Shown here: positions 12,234 to 23,902 of the stretch, piece after piece
Numbering within the stretch: the stretch's first letter is position 1
Layout: every line of letters starts with the position of its first letter
Assembly (NCBI RefSeq): GCF_964204645.1
Contig: NC_134032.1
Location: forward strand, 7,056,275 to 7,120,274
Direction of reading: 5' to 3'
DNA from: Tubulanus polymorphus
Lineage: Eukaryota; Animalia; Nemertea
DNA length: 64,000 bases
Notes under the pieces: model-generated
The model's database searches: none
Told to the model about the DNA's origin: nothing
Seen by the model: the letters and a program-made list of their open reading frames with translations, nothing else
Translations under genes and position numbers: made by a program

Positions 12234-12452
12234 TTAATCTGATTCAACAACTTTCTTGTGATTATTACCGTTTTTATAATTATTTCCATTTTTAGTATTT
12301 AACTTCTTTAATTTCTTGCTCAATTTATTATTTTCATTTATTAAATCTTTTGAAATATTTTCATAATAAAAGTAAAGCGCAGCTAAAATTAAACCTCCAG
12401 CAACTAAATAATGTTTTAAATCACTTTTCCCAGTTGGAATGAAACCATCCAT
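12234..12452 (-). CDS. 72-aa single-TM protein
   Basis: LVAGGLILAALYFYY; TAAATG start. Confidence 0.55.
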   Translation of the reverse strand: MDGFIPTGKSDLKHYLVAGGLILAALYFYYENISKDLINENNKLSKKLKKLNTKNGNNYKNGNNHKKVVESD

Positions 12453-12569
12453 TTATTTAAGAAAGAAATTAGAAAATTAATAAACATTTGCTTGTTTTTA
12501 TTTAAATATTTTAAAATCATTTTTAAAATATTAAACTTTTAAATGATTAAATCAAATAACAATTAAATT

Positions 12570-13018
12570 TACAGCTAAACAATTTATCATTTCAACTGTC
12601 AAACAATTTATCATTTCAACTGTCAAACAATTTATCATTTCAACTGTCAAACAATTTATTATTTCAACTGTCTTATCATTTCAACAATCAAACATTTTAT
12701 CATTTCAACTGTCAAACAATTTATCATTTCAACTGTCAAACAATTTATTATTTCAACTGTCGAACAATTTATCATTTCAACTGTCGAACAATTTATCATT
12801 TCAACTGTCAAACAATTTATCATTTCAACTGTCAAACAATTTATCATTTCAACTGACAAACAATTTATCATTTCAACAGTCGAACAATTTATCATTTCAA
12901 CTGTCGAACAATTTATCATTTCAACTGTCTTATCATTTCAACAGTCAAACATTTTATCATTTCAAATGTCAAACAATTTATCATTTTAACAGCCAAACAA
13001 TTTATCATTTCAACAGTC
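12570..13018. repeat. 24-bp minisatellite inside element C
   Basis: Unit CAAACAATTTATCATTTCAACTGT, about 18 copies. Confidence 0.95.
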
Positions 13019-13091
13019 TATTAGATATTTAAATCATTTAACTAAATTCAATAATTATTTGACTATTTTATTTATTTTCAATGTAGAATTG

Positions 13092-13772
13092 TTACTCTTT
13101 ACACCAGTTTTTATGTTTAATTGTTTGGTAATGCTTTGATTTATGTGATTTTGAATATTTACCTCCGCAATAACAATGAATTTTTTCATTAGGATTAAAT
13201 CTTTTGAATTCATTTTCTAAATCACATTGAATTGCGATATGTTTAAAAGATTTACTATTTTCTAAATCACACTGAATTGCAATATCTTTAAAAGAATTAT
13301 TGTTTTCTAAATCACATTGAATTTCAATATTTGATGTATTTTCATTATAAATAATTTGTTTATTATCAAAATTACAATAATATAATCGTCGTTTTTCAAT
13401 TCTTAAGTCTATCCTATCATTACCTTTTGAAAGTATTATATCACTTTCTCTTTCATTAAAAGGAAATTTAAGAATATTTATTATGTTTTCATCTAAATTA
13501 CCTTTATAATTTAAAACTGTATTAAATATTTTAGGATTTTTGGCGCCATTATCTAAAGTATCTATTAGTTCAGTAATTAAATATGTTTCATTTAATAATA
13601 TTTGATTAATTACAGTAATATTATTAATTTTATATTGTCTTCCATATACTAAATTTGTTGCTGAAATATAATTTCTAATGTTAAACTGTGAAAATGATTT
13701 ATTGGTTTCATTGATTTCGATTTTGAAGTTGGGTTCTTCTTTCTTCATTTTTATAACAAAATTATTACTCAC
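13092..13772 (-). CDS. ~220-aa protein with three IQCDLEN repeats and C-terminal zinc finger
   Basis: CYCGGKY...H...T.KH terminal motif; true start possibly ATG near 13748. Confidence 0.6.
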   Translation of the reverse strand: MSNNFVIKMKKEEPNFKIEINETNKSFSQFNIRNYISATNLVYGRQYKINNITVINQILLNETYLITELIDTLDNGAKNPKIFNTVLNYKGNLDENIINILKFPFNERESDIILSKGNDRIDLRIEKRRLYYCNFDNKQIIYNENTSNIEIQCDLENNNSFKDIAIQCDLENSKSFKHIAIQCDLENEFKRFNPNEKIHCYCGGKYSKSHKSKHYQTIKHKNWCKE

Positions 13773-14236
13773 ACTTTACTCACACTTTTAATATTGAAAA
13801 TCTCAATTATTTTACTCACACTTTACTCACACTTTTAATATTAAACAATTTTATCATTTTACTCACACTTTACTCACACTTTTAATATTGAAAATCTCAA
13901 TTATTTTACACACACTTTACTCACACTTTTAATATTAAACAATTTTATCATTTTACTCACACTTTACTCACACTTTTAATATTGAAAATCTCAATTATTT
14001 TACTCACACTTTACTCACACTTTTAATATTAAACAATTTTATCATTTTACTCACACTTTACTCACACTTTTAATATTGAAAATCTAAATTATTTTACTCA
14101 CACTTTACTCACACTTTTAATATTAAACAATTTTATCATTTTACACACACTTTACTCACACTTTTAATATTGAAAATCTAAATTATTTTACTCACACTTT
14201 ACTCACACTTTTAATATTGAACAATTTTATCATTTT
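13765..14236. repeat. ~77-bp dimeric tandem repeat (TTTACTCACAC doublets)
   Basis: Alternating 38/39-bp subunits, about 12 subunits. Confidence 0.93.
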
Positions 14237-14296
14237 ATTAGCGCTTTTATATTAAAAAGTGTGTTTATTTTTGGAAAAAAGCAAAAAAAAAATAAT

Positions 14297-14375
14297 TGAA
14301 TATCTCACTACTTTTGTCTATCTATGCGGAGCAATTAAATTGTCCAGATAAGTCATTTCGGATTCTAGATATTCA
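14297..14375 (-). ncRNA. Candidate structured RNA motif, copy in element C
   Basis: Same as 33905-34011 minus the variable hairpin. Confidence 0.5.
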
Positions 14376-14642
14376 TTATTTTTATTAATTTATTTTGTTT
14401 TTATTTAAATATTTGAATTTGAATTTGTTAATCAATTAACATAGTAATTGATTACTAATTTGATTAAAAATTATATCATAATGAAGTTAAAAATACATAA
14501 TTCATTTATCAGTTTTCATTCTTACATTCTTTTCATTTGGAATAATTTATAATTTCAAATTTCACATATTTTTTTAGCACCAACAACATTTACTTAGGTG
14601 TTTTAGCTAAGTATATAAGGCAATTCATTCAACCACTGGAGT

Positions 14643-14931
14643 GCCGCCGGGCTTGGCTTGCAGGGGCATTTCGAAAATGCACCTTTGTCCACCCTCCGTG
14701 GTTCTCCTTCAGTTTCGACTTTCGATCCTCCTTTCGGGGGTAAGGGGTTGATAGGAAATGCATTAGGCGCCTTTAATATAATGTGTTTCCTGTCAACCAT
14801 TGAAGGAGAATTGGTGAGGTGTGGGTCACAGGGGTGTAAGTAGAAATGCTTGGGGATAGGTATCTCGTGGCGCCTCTCAATAACGGGATGCTTATCCCCT
14901 AAAAACTCTGTGAGTCAAGTCGGGTGGTTTT
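14643..14931 (+). ncRNA. Candidate ~285-nt highly structured ncRNA
   Basis: Nested long helices with about 18 G-U pairs on the + strand; two GGCGCC loops; TATATAA ~30 nt upstream; TTTT directly after the closing stem. Confidence 0.7.
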
Positions 14932-15259
14932 GCTAAAACTTACCGTAAAAACATTGAAATATTCCTTTTAATCACGAGAGAATGATGACTAGTCGCGGCC
15001 GAGCTAATTTAAATAAACCTCGTTTTCAGCAACTAATGAAAACGCAGTAATTCAATACCAGCTAACTGGTTTGTGTGTGTTGTATGTACTACGTGCTTAT
15101 TATAACAACAACGTTGTGCAACACCTGTTTGATTGATCAATATTCAAATGAAGCACTCTCTTATAATAACATGTAACAGATGTACTGTATGATTGTAGTT
15201 GTTTATAAAACGACTAAGGTCATTTTGGATTGTAGATATTTATTATTTTTATTTCTTAT

Positions 15260-15586
15260 TTAATCAACAATTTCTAAATCATGATGACCGTCTTCATTTT
15301 TCCCATGATATATTATTTTAAATCCTACTAAATCTTTCAATTCCTCCATACTCAATGAAACCCATTTATCGGGTAAAAACACTTTAAATTCTCGCGATGT
15401 ACTAACATTACAGTAGCTTAAATTAGCTGATACTTTCTCTCCATATTTAGTTTTTATCTTTTCTAATTTCAATATTTTATGTTCAATTTCTTTTGTAACA
15501 TCAACTAACTTTTTTATTTCAAATTGTTTTTTTGCTGGTTTTATTCTGTTATTTATTGTTGCTAAGAATGCTTTTCTATCTCCCAT
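15260..15586 (-). CDS. 108-aa putative SSB-like protein (right TIR of C)
   Basis: Inverted identical copy of 11309..11635. Confidence 0.8.
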   Translation of the reverse strand: MGDRKAFLATINNRIKPAKKQFEIKKLVDVTKEIEHKILKLEKIKTKYGEKVSANLSYCNVSTSREFKVFLPDKWVSLSMEELKDLVGFKIIYHGKNEDGHHDLEIVD

Positions 15587-15702
15587 TTATTAGGGAAAAA
15601 AATTACTTGTGGTGATGAGTAGGAAAAAAAAAATTACTTGTGGTGATGAGTGGTGTCTAGTACTCTCGTACTCTGGCCTGAAAGCCTACTTTCCCAGTTA
15701 CT

Positions 15703-15973
15703 GAAAGAATTTACTGATTTTGATAGATTAACTCCAAGTGATTTGATTGTACGAAAATTAGATTACCGCACATACTTAGATAAGAATACAAATAATTTAG
15801 GTGTTATTGACAAACCACAAAATACATATTACCATTTGAATGTTTCTTGTATTAATAAGAAATATCCTAATTTCGTTCCAGGTGCAGTAAAAGTTACTGC
15901 AAGTTTACAGGCATCAATGACTGTTGGTCATTTGAAAAACTACCAACAATTTCTTCATAAAGGTTATTTTTAG
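15703..15973 (+). pseudogene. 3' part of a Cys/His zinc-finger-like ORF interrupted by element C
   Basis: Joins in frame to 11162-11193 giving CYGC...DLIVRKLDYRTY...YYHLNVSC. Confidence 0.6.
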
Positions 15974-17825
15974 ATCAATGAATTCATTTTTTCTGATTAT
16001 CATTTAACTATTATTTTCAGTGGATCGAGTGTGATCTATCGAGTTTGTGTACCAGTTTGTAGCCTATGCATTGATTAGTGAAGAAATATATGTATTTATG
16101 CATTGGTAAGAGAACTTACCATTTTTCAGTTTTTCATTTAATACTTCCATTGTCTACTTCACCTTATTTGGTGAAGTAACTCAGTTTTAGTTATAAAGTA
16201 CCAACCTTCCCAATGTCCCAAATCAATGTGTCAGTAAAGTTTGAAAATACGCCTTCTGTTTCTATGCCTACACACCGAGATACGTGTATTTTCAAAACAT
16301 TTTTATCATGGTTTGTAGGTAATTTAGACATCGGAAACAGAAAATGAAGACTTTTTTCTCCGATTCTGTTTTAGTTAATTAGAGAACTTTTGACATTCCT
16401 TCAATATGGCGTAAAATGCATTAAAAAATTGATGTTTTAGTTCCACTGTCCACTGCTGGTGATTTACGGACATTTTAATTAGGTAAATACGTCAGTTGAT
16501 CAAGTCCGATCAAAAAAGTTGAAATAGACATTAGAATACACGTACAAGTATTTCCTTGGGTGTATGCCTACGTGGCCATCCATAAAGTATGCATGCACAA
16601 CTTCTTATATTTTTAATTCCCTTGACCCAATTATGTGTAACGAAGAGAGAAGTTGATAAGAAATCAGGGAGTGTACCGAAGTGATACGTAAGTGTACCGG
16701 TATTATACTGCTAATAAATCTTGTTATTATTTCATGATAATAAAATACATTTATTTTTGATATGGAACTTAGTTTATTATTTTTGTCTTAGAGTTCAGGG
16801 GCTGAGATCATTTACACCTCTCGTCCTAATCTAAATTAGACTCACATAGCGTGGATGTGAACCGTTGGAGGATTATTTGAGAAAGGCTATCAGTCTTCGT
16901 GCGCGTTGCCGTTGTACCGTATTTAAACACGACCATCTAATGATTCCGGCATTCAAAATTCAAGGCCGGTTTAAAAAAAGGGTAGATCCTAATCGGCTCG
17001 TCAAAAATCGGCCCCAAAAAATCAGGATTCGAACACGCAAACACCGGAGAGTAAGCGTAACGTTTTAATCACAGCACTAGCGATGCGATCTTCCGAAACC
17101 ACTAATTTTGAAACAATATATAGCCTACCCTAAACCCTCTTGATACTAACCCTTCTGATCTTTCTAATATCATCGGTTGAAAAAGCTGCCGTTTTTCCGT
17201 TTTGTAATTGGATTGGATTGTGAATCAGTAAATAGTACAGTCACGAAAGTGACAATATCGGTAACTAGCACAGCTTCTAAATTAGGTAATTTTCTAGGAA
17301 TTAGGCGTTATGCGTTTTCCGATTCGGTGTTTTTCATTAGGCGTTTTTCGAATACCGCTTACGGAGTGTGCGATGGAGTTAGAACCCTTAAGATTATGGA
17401 TTCTATGGAGGGATAGACTTTCCTTGTGTGACAAATACTTAAATGTCTCCATACAGGATCCGTGATCGCGGGTTGACTACCGCTCTGCGAAGGATGGGCG
17501 TTTTAAATCACTACTCTACTATCATACTATCATATTTGATTGAGGTTCTTGAAATCCGATCGGTTGTACTCGATTCTGAATAATGAAAACAAAGAGCAGA
17601 GGCATACGGGATTTTCACGTGGGGTGGGGGCTGGGGGTGTTGTTAGGCGGATTTCGCTGCTCCTCGTCCCAAGAAACCTTAAGGATTAGTCTTATTTTCA
17701 TGCATTCAATCATTATAATTCAAAATGCACCTTGTATGCCTACTTTGAAGGAAAGCGTCGAAAGACTGGGAGTAGTTAGGAAATGTCACTTCAGGACCTC
17801 AATGAGCGAGGGGGGAGGGGGGAGG

Positions 17826-17990
17826 GATGACGTCATACCGGAAGTGACGTCATACCGGAAGTGACGTCATCCAAGATGGCGGCCGGAAGTGACGTAATCC
17901 AAGATGGTGACCGGAAGTGACGTCATCCAAGATGGCGGCCGGAAGTGGCGGTCGAAATTCAAATTTCAAATTTTTGGCGGGAAAATTCAA
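17826..17990 (+). promoter_or_regulatory. Subterminal cluster of ETS, CRE/ATF, YY1 and E2F sites (mirrored at ~31805-31950)
   Basis: Repeated CCGGAAGT, TGACGTCA, CAAGATGGCGGC and one TTTGGCGGGAAA (17973-17984). Confidence 0.7.
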
Positions 17991-18340
17991 AATTTTTCCG
18001 TTAAATCCAAATCAAATTATTGACAACAAATCCAAATCAATTTATTGGCGGTGTTAAATCCAAATCAAATTTATTGGCGGTGTTCAATCCAAATTTATTT
18101 ATTGGTATGATTGAATCCTAGATGGCGCTTACGCATTCCTATGCGTGTTTATGGGAAAAGTTGAATCCTAGATGGCGCTATTACGAGATCATATGTGTAC
18201 GTGAAGGTGAGGGGGAAGTGAAGTTAAATCCTAGATGGCGCTTTTCCCTGAGTACGGGCAAATTCGAGACAAAGAAAACCAAAAATTAAAAAAACAATGT
18301 AAAACAATAAAAAAAAAAACATTTTATTCACCGTTAAAAT

Positions 18341-18916
18341 TTAGTTTAAACACGGTTTAAATCCGAATTCCTTGGCGCACGAGACGTGAATATAAACGTC
18401 GCAGCAGTCTGTCTTTTGTTTAGTTATTTCCAAACATACTAAACACGTGTTGATGCCACAAAATAAAGTTATGCAGTTATAACAAAAATTTTCTTCATAC
18501 CCTTCACACGTTTTAAGTTCGCTTAAACAGGGCCAGCATATAGTTTTATCACAACAATGAAGCAAATCCTCTTGCGTGTGACAACGATAACAGTCTTTTT
18601 TCGCGATATGTTTGATAATCCTAAAATGTGCCATGCAATTCTCGATAGGACATTCGAAATCATGTTGAACGCCTAACCATCGAGCGTTCACTAGCCAGCA
18701 ATCTTCACAAATCGGTTTCCTGCAACACGTCGTTACTCGAAAACTACCGTATGTAATTGTCGTATTACAATATTTGCAAATCGCAAATCCGGTAGACCAG
18801 TCGATATCTTCAAAGTCGACATGATTTATTTCATGTTCCGTGGTAGTTGATTTTTTTTTTTTTTTAGGAAAATGTTTTCTACGGTAAAAAAATCGCCAGA
18901 CATTTTCGTAAGTCAC
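18341..18916 (-). CDS. Cys-rich multi-RING-like protein, left-arm copy (ATG out of frame through A15 tract)
   Basis: Three CxxC...CC...CxxC/HxxC clusters; mirror of 30886..31452. Confidence 0.6.
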   Translation of the reverse strand: MTYENVWRFFYRRKHFPKKKKKSTTTEHEINHVDFEDIDWSTGFAICKYCNTTITYGSFRVTTCCRKPICEDCWLVNARWLGVQHDFECPIENCMAHFRIIKHIAKKDCYRCHTQEDLLHCCDKTICWPCLSELKTCEGYEENFCYNCITLFCGINTCLVCLEITKQKTDCCDVYIHVSCAKEFGFKPCLN

Positions 18917-19304
18917 GTCTCGTTTATGCGAGTGTAAACAAAGCGAGTGCGCAGTTAAATCCTAGATGGCGCTAGTCCGTAATCCTATACAGATGCGTGC
19001 GCATGCGTGCGTTTGTGTGTACGTGTGTAAGCGAGTGACGTCATCCTAGATGATGCCATGATTATATAATCTTATGCGAGCGCGTGTATAGAGAGGGGAG
19101 CGGGATTAAATCCAAGATGGCTTCTTTTGACGGCTATTGTGAAATCATAGACAAGTTTAGGCGAACATATTTCGTAACATGTAAAACCATAAAACGAGTT
19201 CGGGTAAGTCATTTTCTGACAATAAAAACGCGTTGCAAATCCATAATTTAGTCATTCTGCTCAGAGACTTTGAACCGTCAACATCATACAACATCATCGT
19301 AATA

Positions 19305-20132
19305 ATGGATTCGGCCAGCGGACAAAGTATTTTAGAAATATCTAATACACCAGTTAAAGCAAAGTCATCGCTTCAATCTAGAAAAAGAAAACACCCCTCG
19401 CTGAAACTCGACTTTAGTAAGTTTCTACTTATTTCCCGTATTCGAAACCGTCAAATATTAAGACATACGTATACTGATATATAATATTTTATTGTTCTTT
19501 TAGGTTCGATCGTTAATGACAACGCTGTCGCCGGCCCGTCGAAAAGTGCGAACTTGCGTAACACCTGGAACAATGACCCCGAACCCCATTATCTGGGATC
19601 TCTTGTTTACGCGAGTGCGAAAACGTGGCAGGGGGTAAAACGTGTAGATTTACGGTCCTACGAGTGCTGTGAACGAAGAAAACAACTGTATCCCACTAAA
19701 AACGGTATTTCGCTCGATCTCCAAGAGTGGGTGCATATAGATTTTTGTAAATCCGATATCGAACACGAAATTGCGCGCGTTAAAGAAGATATCGAATACG
19801 TGGGTGTAATGACTGTTGGTCGTACGAATTTTATCAAAATATATAGGTCTAGTCACGATCATCGTATTTACGTAGATATCCGAAAATACGATCTATTCGA
19901 TGAACCTCTCGGTGTTTCCCCGACTAGATGCGGTGTAAAACTAACATTGGAACAATGGAAAAAATTGAAAGACATTGATTTTAATGACGATATACCCGAA
20001 CTAGCCAACATGACGCCCTGTTGGTATGATTCGAGTCACTCGAATCAGGAATACAGGTGTCCGTACTGCGCAAAAGACACTTCTGGAGTACGAAAAACAC
20101 CTGAATACGGTGTAATGATCACCCAAGTATAA
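19305..20132 (+). CDS. Spliced tandem-PC4 (Sub1-like) ssDNA-binding protein, 246 aa; exons 19305-19416 and 19504-20132
   Basis: Two PC4 signatures (VDLRSY...PTKNGISLDLQEW; VDIRKY...PTRCGVKLTLEQWKKL); 87-nt GTAAGT...TTTTAG intron keeps frame; RKRK NLS in exon 1. Confidence 0.85.
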
Positions 20133-20229
20133 TTTCACAGATATTAATTAGATAATATTTATATCATAACCGAACAACAAAATATGTAAAATACATCAAT
20201 TTATATAATTTAGTTTGCGTTAAACTCTT

Positions 20230-20322
20230 AGATAGAAATAAGTATCCGAAATGACTAATCCAGGACTTCATTAAGATCCGCTCTAACCAAAGAGGATTAA
20301 CTAAAGTAGTGAGTTTCTATCT
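20230..20322 (+). ncRNA. Candidate structured RNA motif, copy in D left arm
   Basis: Conserved ATCCGAAATGAC and AAAGTAGTGAG with compensatory stems relative to B and C copies. Confidence 0.5.
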
Positions 20323-21009
20323 TTTATGAAATTTATGGTTCTTTCGTGTATAGGTATATGACCTATGTTTATCTACAATATTTATAAAAATATTTATGTT
20401 TTTTAGGACTAAATAAAACATTAATTGAATAAAAGATTTCATTTTTGACTCATTCTGAGTTACGTTAATCTAGCATTTCGTTGCTATCCAGACCCATGAT
20501 ACCATATACCGACAAAGAAGGCAATTAATTGATTTAGATCAATACATGACCACGATTGGGGAAAATAGGTGTGAGCAAAACCAATTACCTAGACTAGTAG
20601 CAGATGGGTCGATAGTATCCAAACACCATTAATTATATGTGGAAGACGAAGGCAATTAAGTGATTTAGATCGGAGACACGTCCGAGATGGGAAATTATGT
20701 GTGAGGTTTCAAACCAATTACACTAGCAATAATTCGAACATTTTTAGTGCTCATAGCGCTGAGGTAATTAAATTGTTTAGAAAAAAACCGAACAGATGGT
20801 CCTATATGCTGGGTGATATTAGACCCGAGTATCAAAAACACCGTTAATTATATGTGATAGAATCCTCAAATACTTTGAGTAAACTGTTAGACTATGAGAA
20901 TTAATCAACTAATTAGTCGTCTGACTTAGACCCATAAATAAGGGGGTAGTTTTAGGACAAATCATTTCCAAGATGTCTGTTATTGGAGCACTAAAATAGT
21001 AGCCGAAAT

Positions 21010-21380
21010 GTTACGTTCGAACTTTATCAAGATATATGGATCTAGTCACGATCACCGTATTACGTAGATATCCGAAAATACGATGAGCTTTTCGACGTAA
21101 ATCCGACTAGATGCGGCATAAAACTAACATTGGAACAATGGAAAAAAATTGAAAGACATTAATTTTACAGAAGATATATCCGAACTGGCTAATATGAGAC
21201 CGTGCTGGTACAATTCGAGTCACTCGAATCAGGAATACAGATGCTCGTACTGCGCAAAAGACACAAGCGGGGTTAGAAAGCACCTGAATACGGTATAATG
21301 ATAACCGAAGTATAATTAAAGTAATTTAAAACCGCTCTGACCAAAAGAGGATTAACTAAAGTAGTGAGTTTCTATCTTTT
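21010..21380 (+). pseudogene. Degenerate duplicate of the 3' half of the PC4 gene and of the RNA motif (mirrored at ~28410-28780)
   Basis: Close match to 19820-20132 with indels, followed by CCGCTCTGACCAAAAGAGGATTAACTAAAGTAGTGAG. Confidence 0.8.
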
Positions 21381-23902
21381 ACGAATTTTTATACGTAGCG
21401 ACTCATTCGTCATCTACCGGATTGTATAAATAAAAGCCATAACCCGTGTATATGTATAATATTTTTGGAAAAAAAAAAATTATGTTTTTTAGATGAACGA
21501 GTAAATAATAAACTTGCAATGTATATAATATTTCATATCTGTCTCATTTTATTCAGATTTACTCTATAATAATCAAGCATTTTGTCGTTGGCCAGACCTC
21601 TTGATACAAAATATCATCTATGAACGTAATTAAGTAATTGAGAAACAAATACCATTGACCCATGGTTAGCATCTACCATCTAAAATATCTGGTCAGTACC
21701 CTCGATGATATGTGACGGAATATGCAGGATGAAAATTACGCAATTAAGTAATTGAGAAACAAAAACCATTGACTCGTTGTTAGCATCTGCCGAATAAGTT
21801 ATTTAGATCAGAGACACAACCGCGATTGGGGAAATTAAGTATGAGCAAACCAACTATAGTATACCCATTTCGGGTTTGTTGGTTGTTTGTTGATTGACTG
21901 ACGCGATTAAGCGTTTTGGAAAACCTAGACTAGTAACAGATGGTTTTCTACGGCGAGTTTATAGAAATATAATTTAGAAAATGACAAAATTCATATACAT
22001 AATAGTTTATTATAGAAGCTTAAAATATTTCACGATAAATTTTTCTTTTACAAAATAATCATTATCATTAGTTTTATTTGACAATAGTTTCGTAATATCG
22101 CGTAAATCGTTACCGTGACATAGGTGCAATAGTACAGATATTGCGTAATAACAGAAATACATCGGATAATACGTTTTGATACATCTTATTATTATATTTC
22201 CAATCTATACAATTTTCATCCAAGTATTTTTCTAACATTTATCACAAGTTCCGGTATGTTGCCCGAACGAATCAAAAATAACCGATTCCGTAATCGTTTA
22301 TATATACAGTTAGCCAATGTTCACCCGGTTCGTCGTAATTGTCAGTGTTTACTATAAAACCCAGCGGGACGCTGGTTTATATCTGGTAGTCGATCGCATG
22401 GAAAAACGCCAAAGAAAGACGCTTTTAGATATTTCTATAGTATAACTATTAACATATCGCAAGCGAATTTATTAACGTTACAATCTCATGGATGAATCGA
22501 AAAAACTATTACTTTACTTTACTTTTGCTTTATTTGACAAACTTTTGGTCTTAATACAAAGACAATTCGAGTGATACAGTATACATAAAAATAAATAAAT
22601 TATATATAGGACGCACAGTAGATAGATACATAATTACACATTGATTTTCATGTGAGCTATCAATTGAAAAGTTTCAAAATTCTTCCAACAAAAATACACA
22701 GTTTACGGAGTTCGGCTACATCTTTAGTTTGCATTAATAATTTTTATCTGAAAATGTTGGGGGTTCGTATAAAATCTCCTGTCTAGGTATAACTCCCTTC
22801 TATCATTTAAATATATACAGTTGAAAAGGTAATGAAATTCGTCCCCAATTCCATTATTACACAATTTACATATTCTTTCAGCACGCTTTACATTATTCCA
22901 TCGGCCAGTTTCTATTGGGAGCTTATGGTTTGCAGGACGGAATTTAGTTAAATTAATTATGAGGTTAACTGAAAGATCAGAGACTAGATGGTTACGGGGC
23001 TTGACTCAATGCCACGCGCTTGGACATGTTCTAATGTTATGTATTGTATACAAAGTGTTGACAAGCTCAATTTATACAGCATTGTAGCCCTCCGGCATTT
23101 TCAAAGTTTTAGATGATTTATCAATAGAAATACTCATATAATGCGCATCCTAGTGCGTTAGTGTTTAAGTGATTTTAGTGTTTTAGTGTCGAATATGTAA
23201 AACCGCAGTTTATTAGATTTCGAGTTGTAAGCATTTCCCGATAACTTACATTAATTATAATGCAGAATTCTTTACTTCCAGTTAACGAGGTTTAACAATT
23301 TTTCAGTTTTTAAAAAAATATGGTTTGGACTTTTTTAATAGGAAAATACTAACAGGTTTGATGAAAAAATAGAAAATGGGATTTCCGGTTTTAGCATTTT
23401 TCAGTATATGGCGTTTTAGTAGGATGATGATTTTAAATTTTCAATAAACGCGGTATAACAATTTTTAGGTTTTTGAAAAATATGGTTCCAAAAGTTTTGT
23501 ATACACAAGAGATTTTAAACAACGAAACTACACACACATGTAACTAAATCACTTTAGTCTTTCCAAATATAGAGAAATAACAGACAAAAATATGTATATG
23601 TATATACTTTATCTTTTTTTCGCATCGCTTTTTCTTTGTTACAAAATTCCCAATTTTTAAAAACTTTTCTTAAATATTTATGTTTTTTAAACATATTTTC
23701 ACAAATTCCCCATACTTTTACATTGCAATATTATATCGAGATTTTCTACATTTCATGCATTTTACAGCTAGACCTTGTAAAGATTTGGTACATTAAATAA
23801 CGCCGCAGGTAAACATTTCAATTGTATTACTTCGTTATGCGTAAATGTTTCGCGTCATCTTCCTACAATATGTGACTGCTATCGGCAGAAATATGGTAAA
23901 TT

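Larger units (their letters stand above)
11194..15702. mobile_element. Non-autonomous Polinton-type element C (4509 bp)
   Basis: AGTAA...TTACT termini; 6-bp TSD GAAAGA (11188-11193, 15703-15708); ~440-bp TIRs; removing it restores frame RIKKCYGCRKE|FTDFDR of the target ORF. Confidence 0.93.

Noticed and set aside
12659-12919. 86-aa ORF of MINCSTVE repeats
   Set aside because: By-product of the 24-bp minisatellite
14603-14843. Overlapping 65-aa and 61-aa ORFs
   Set aside because: Non-ATG starts; better explained by the GC-rich structured RNA
14643-14931. Identification as 7SL/SRP, 7SK, tRNA or telomerase RNA
   Set aside because: Only a GCCGGGC similarity to 7SL; no SRP helix-8 motif, no cloverleaf, and the CCCTAA is short and partly inside a stem
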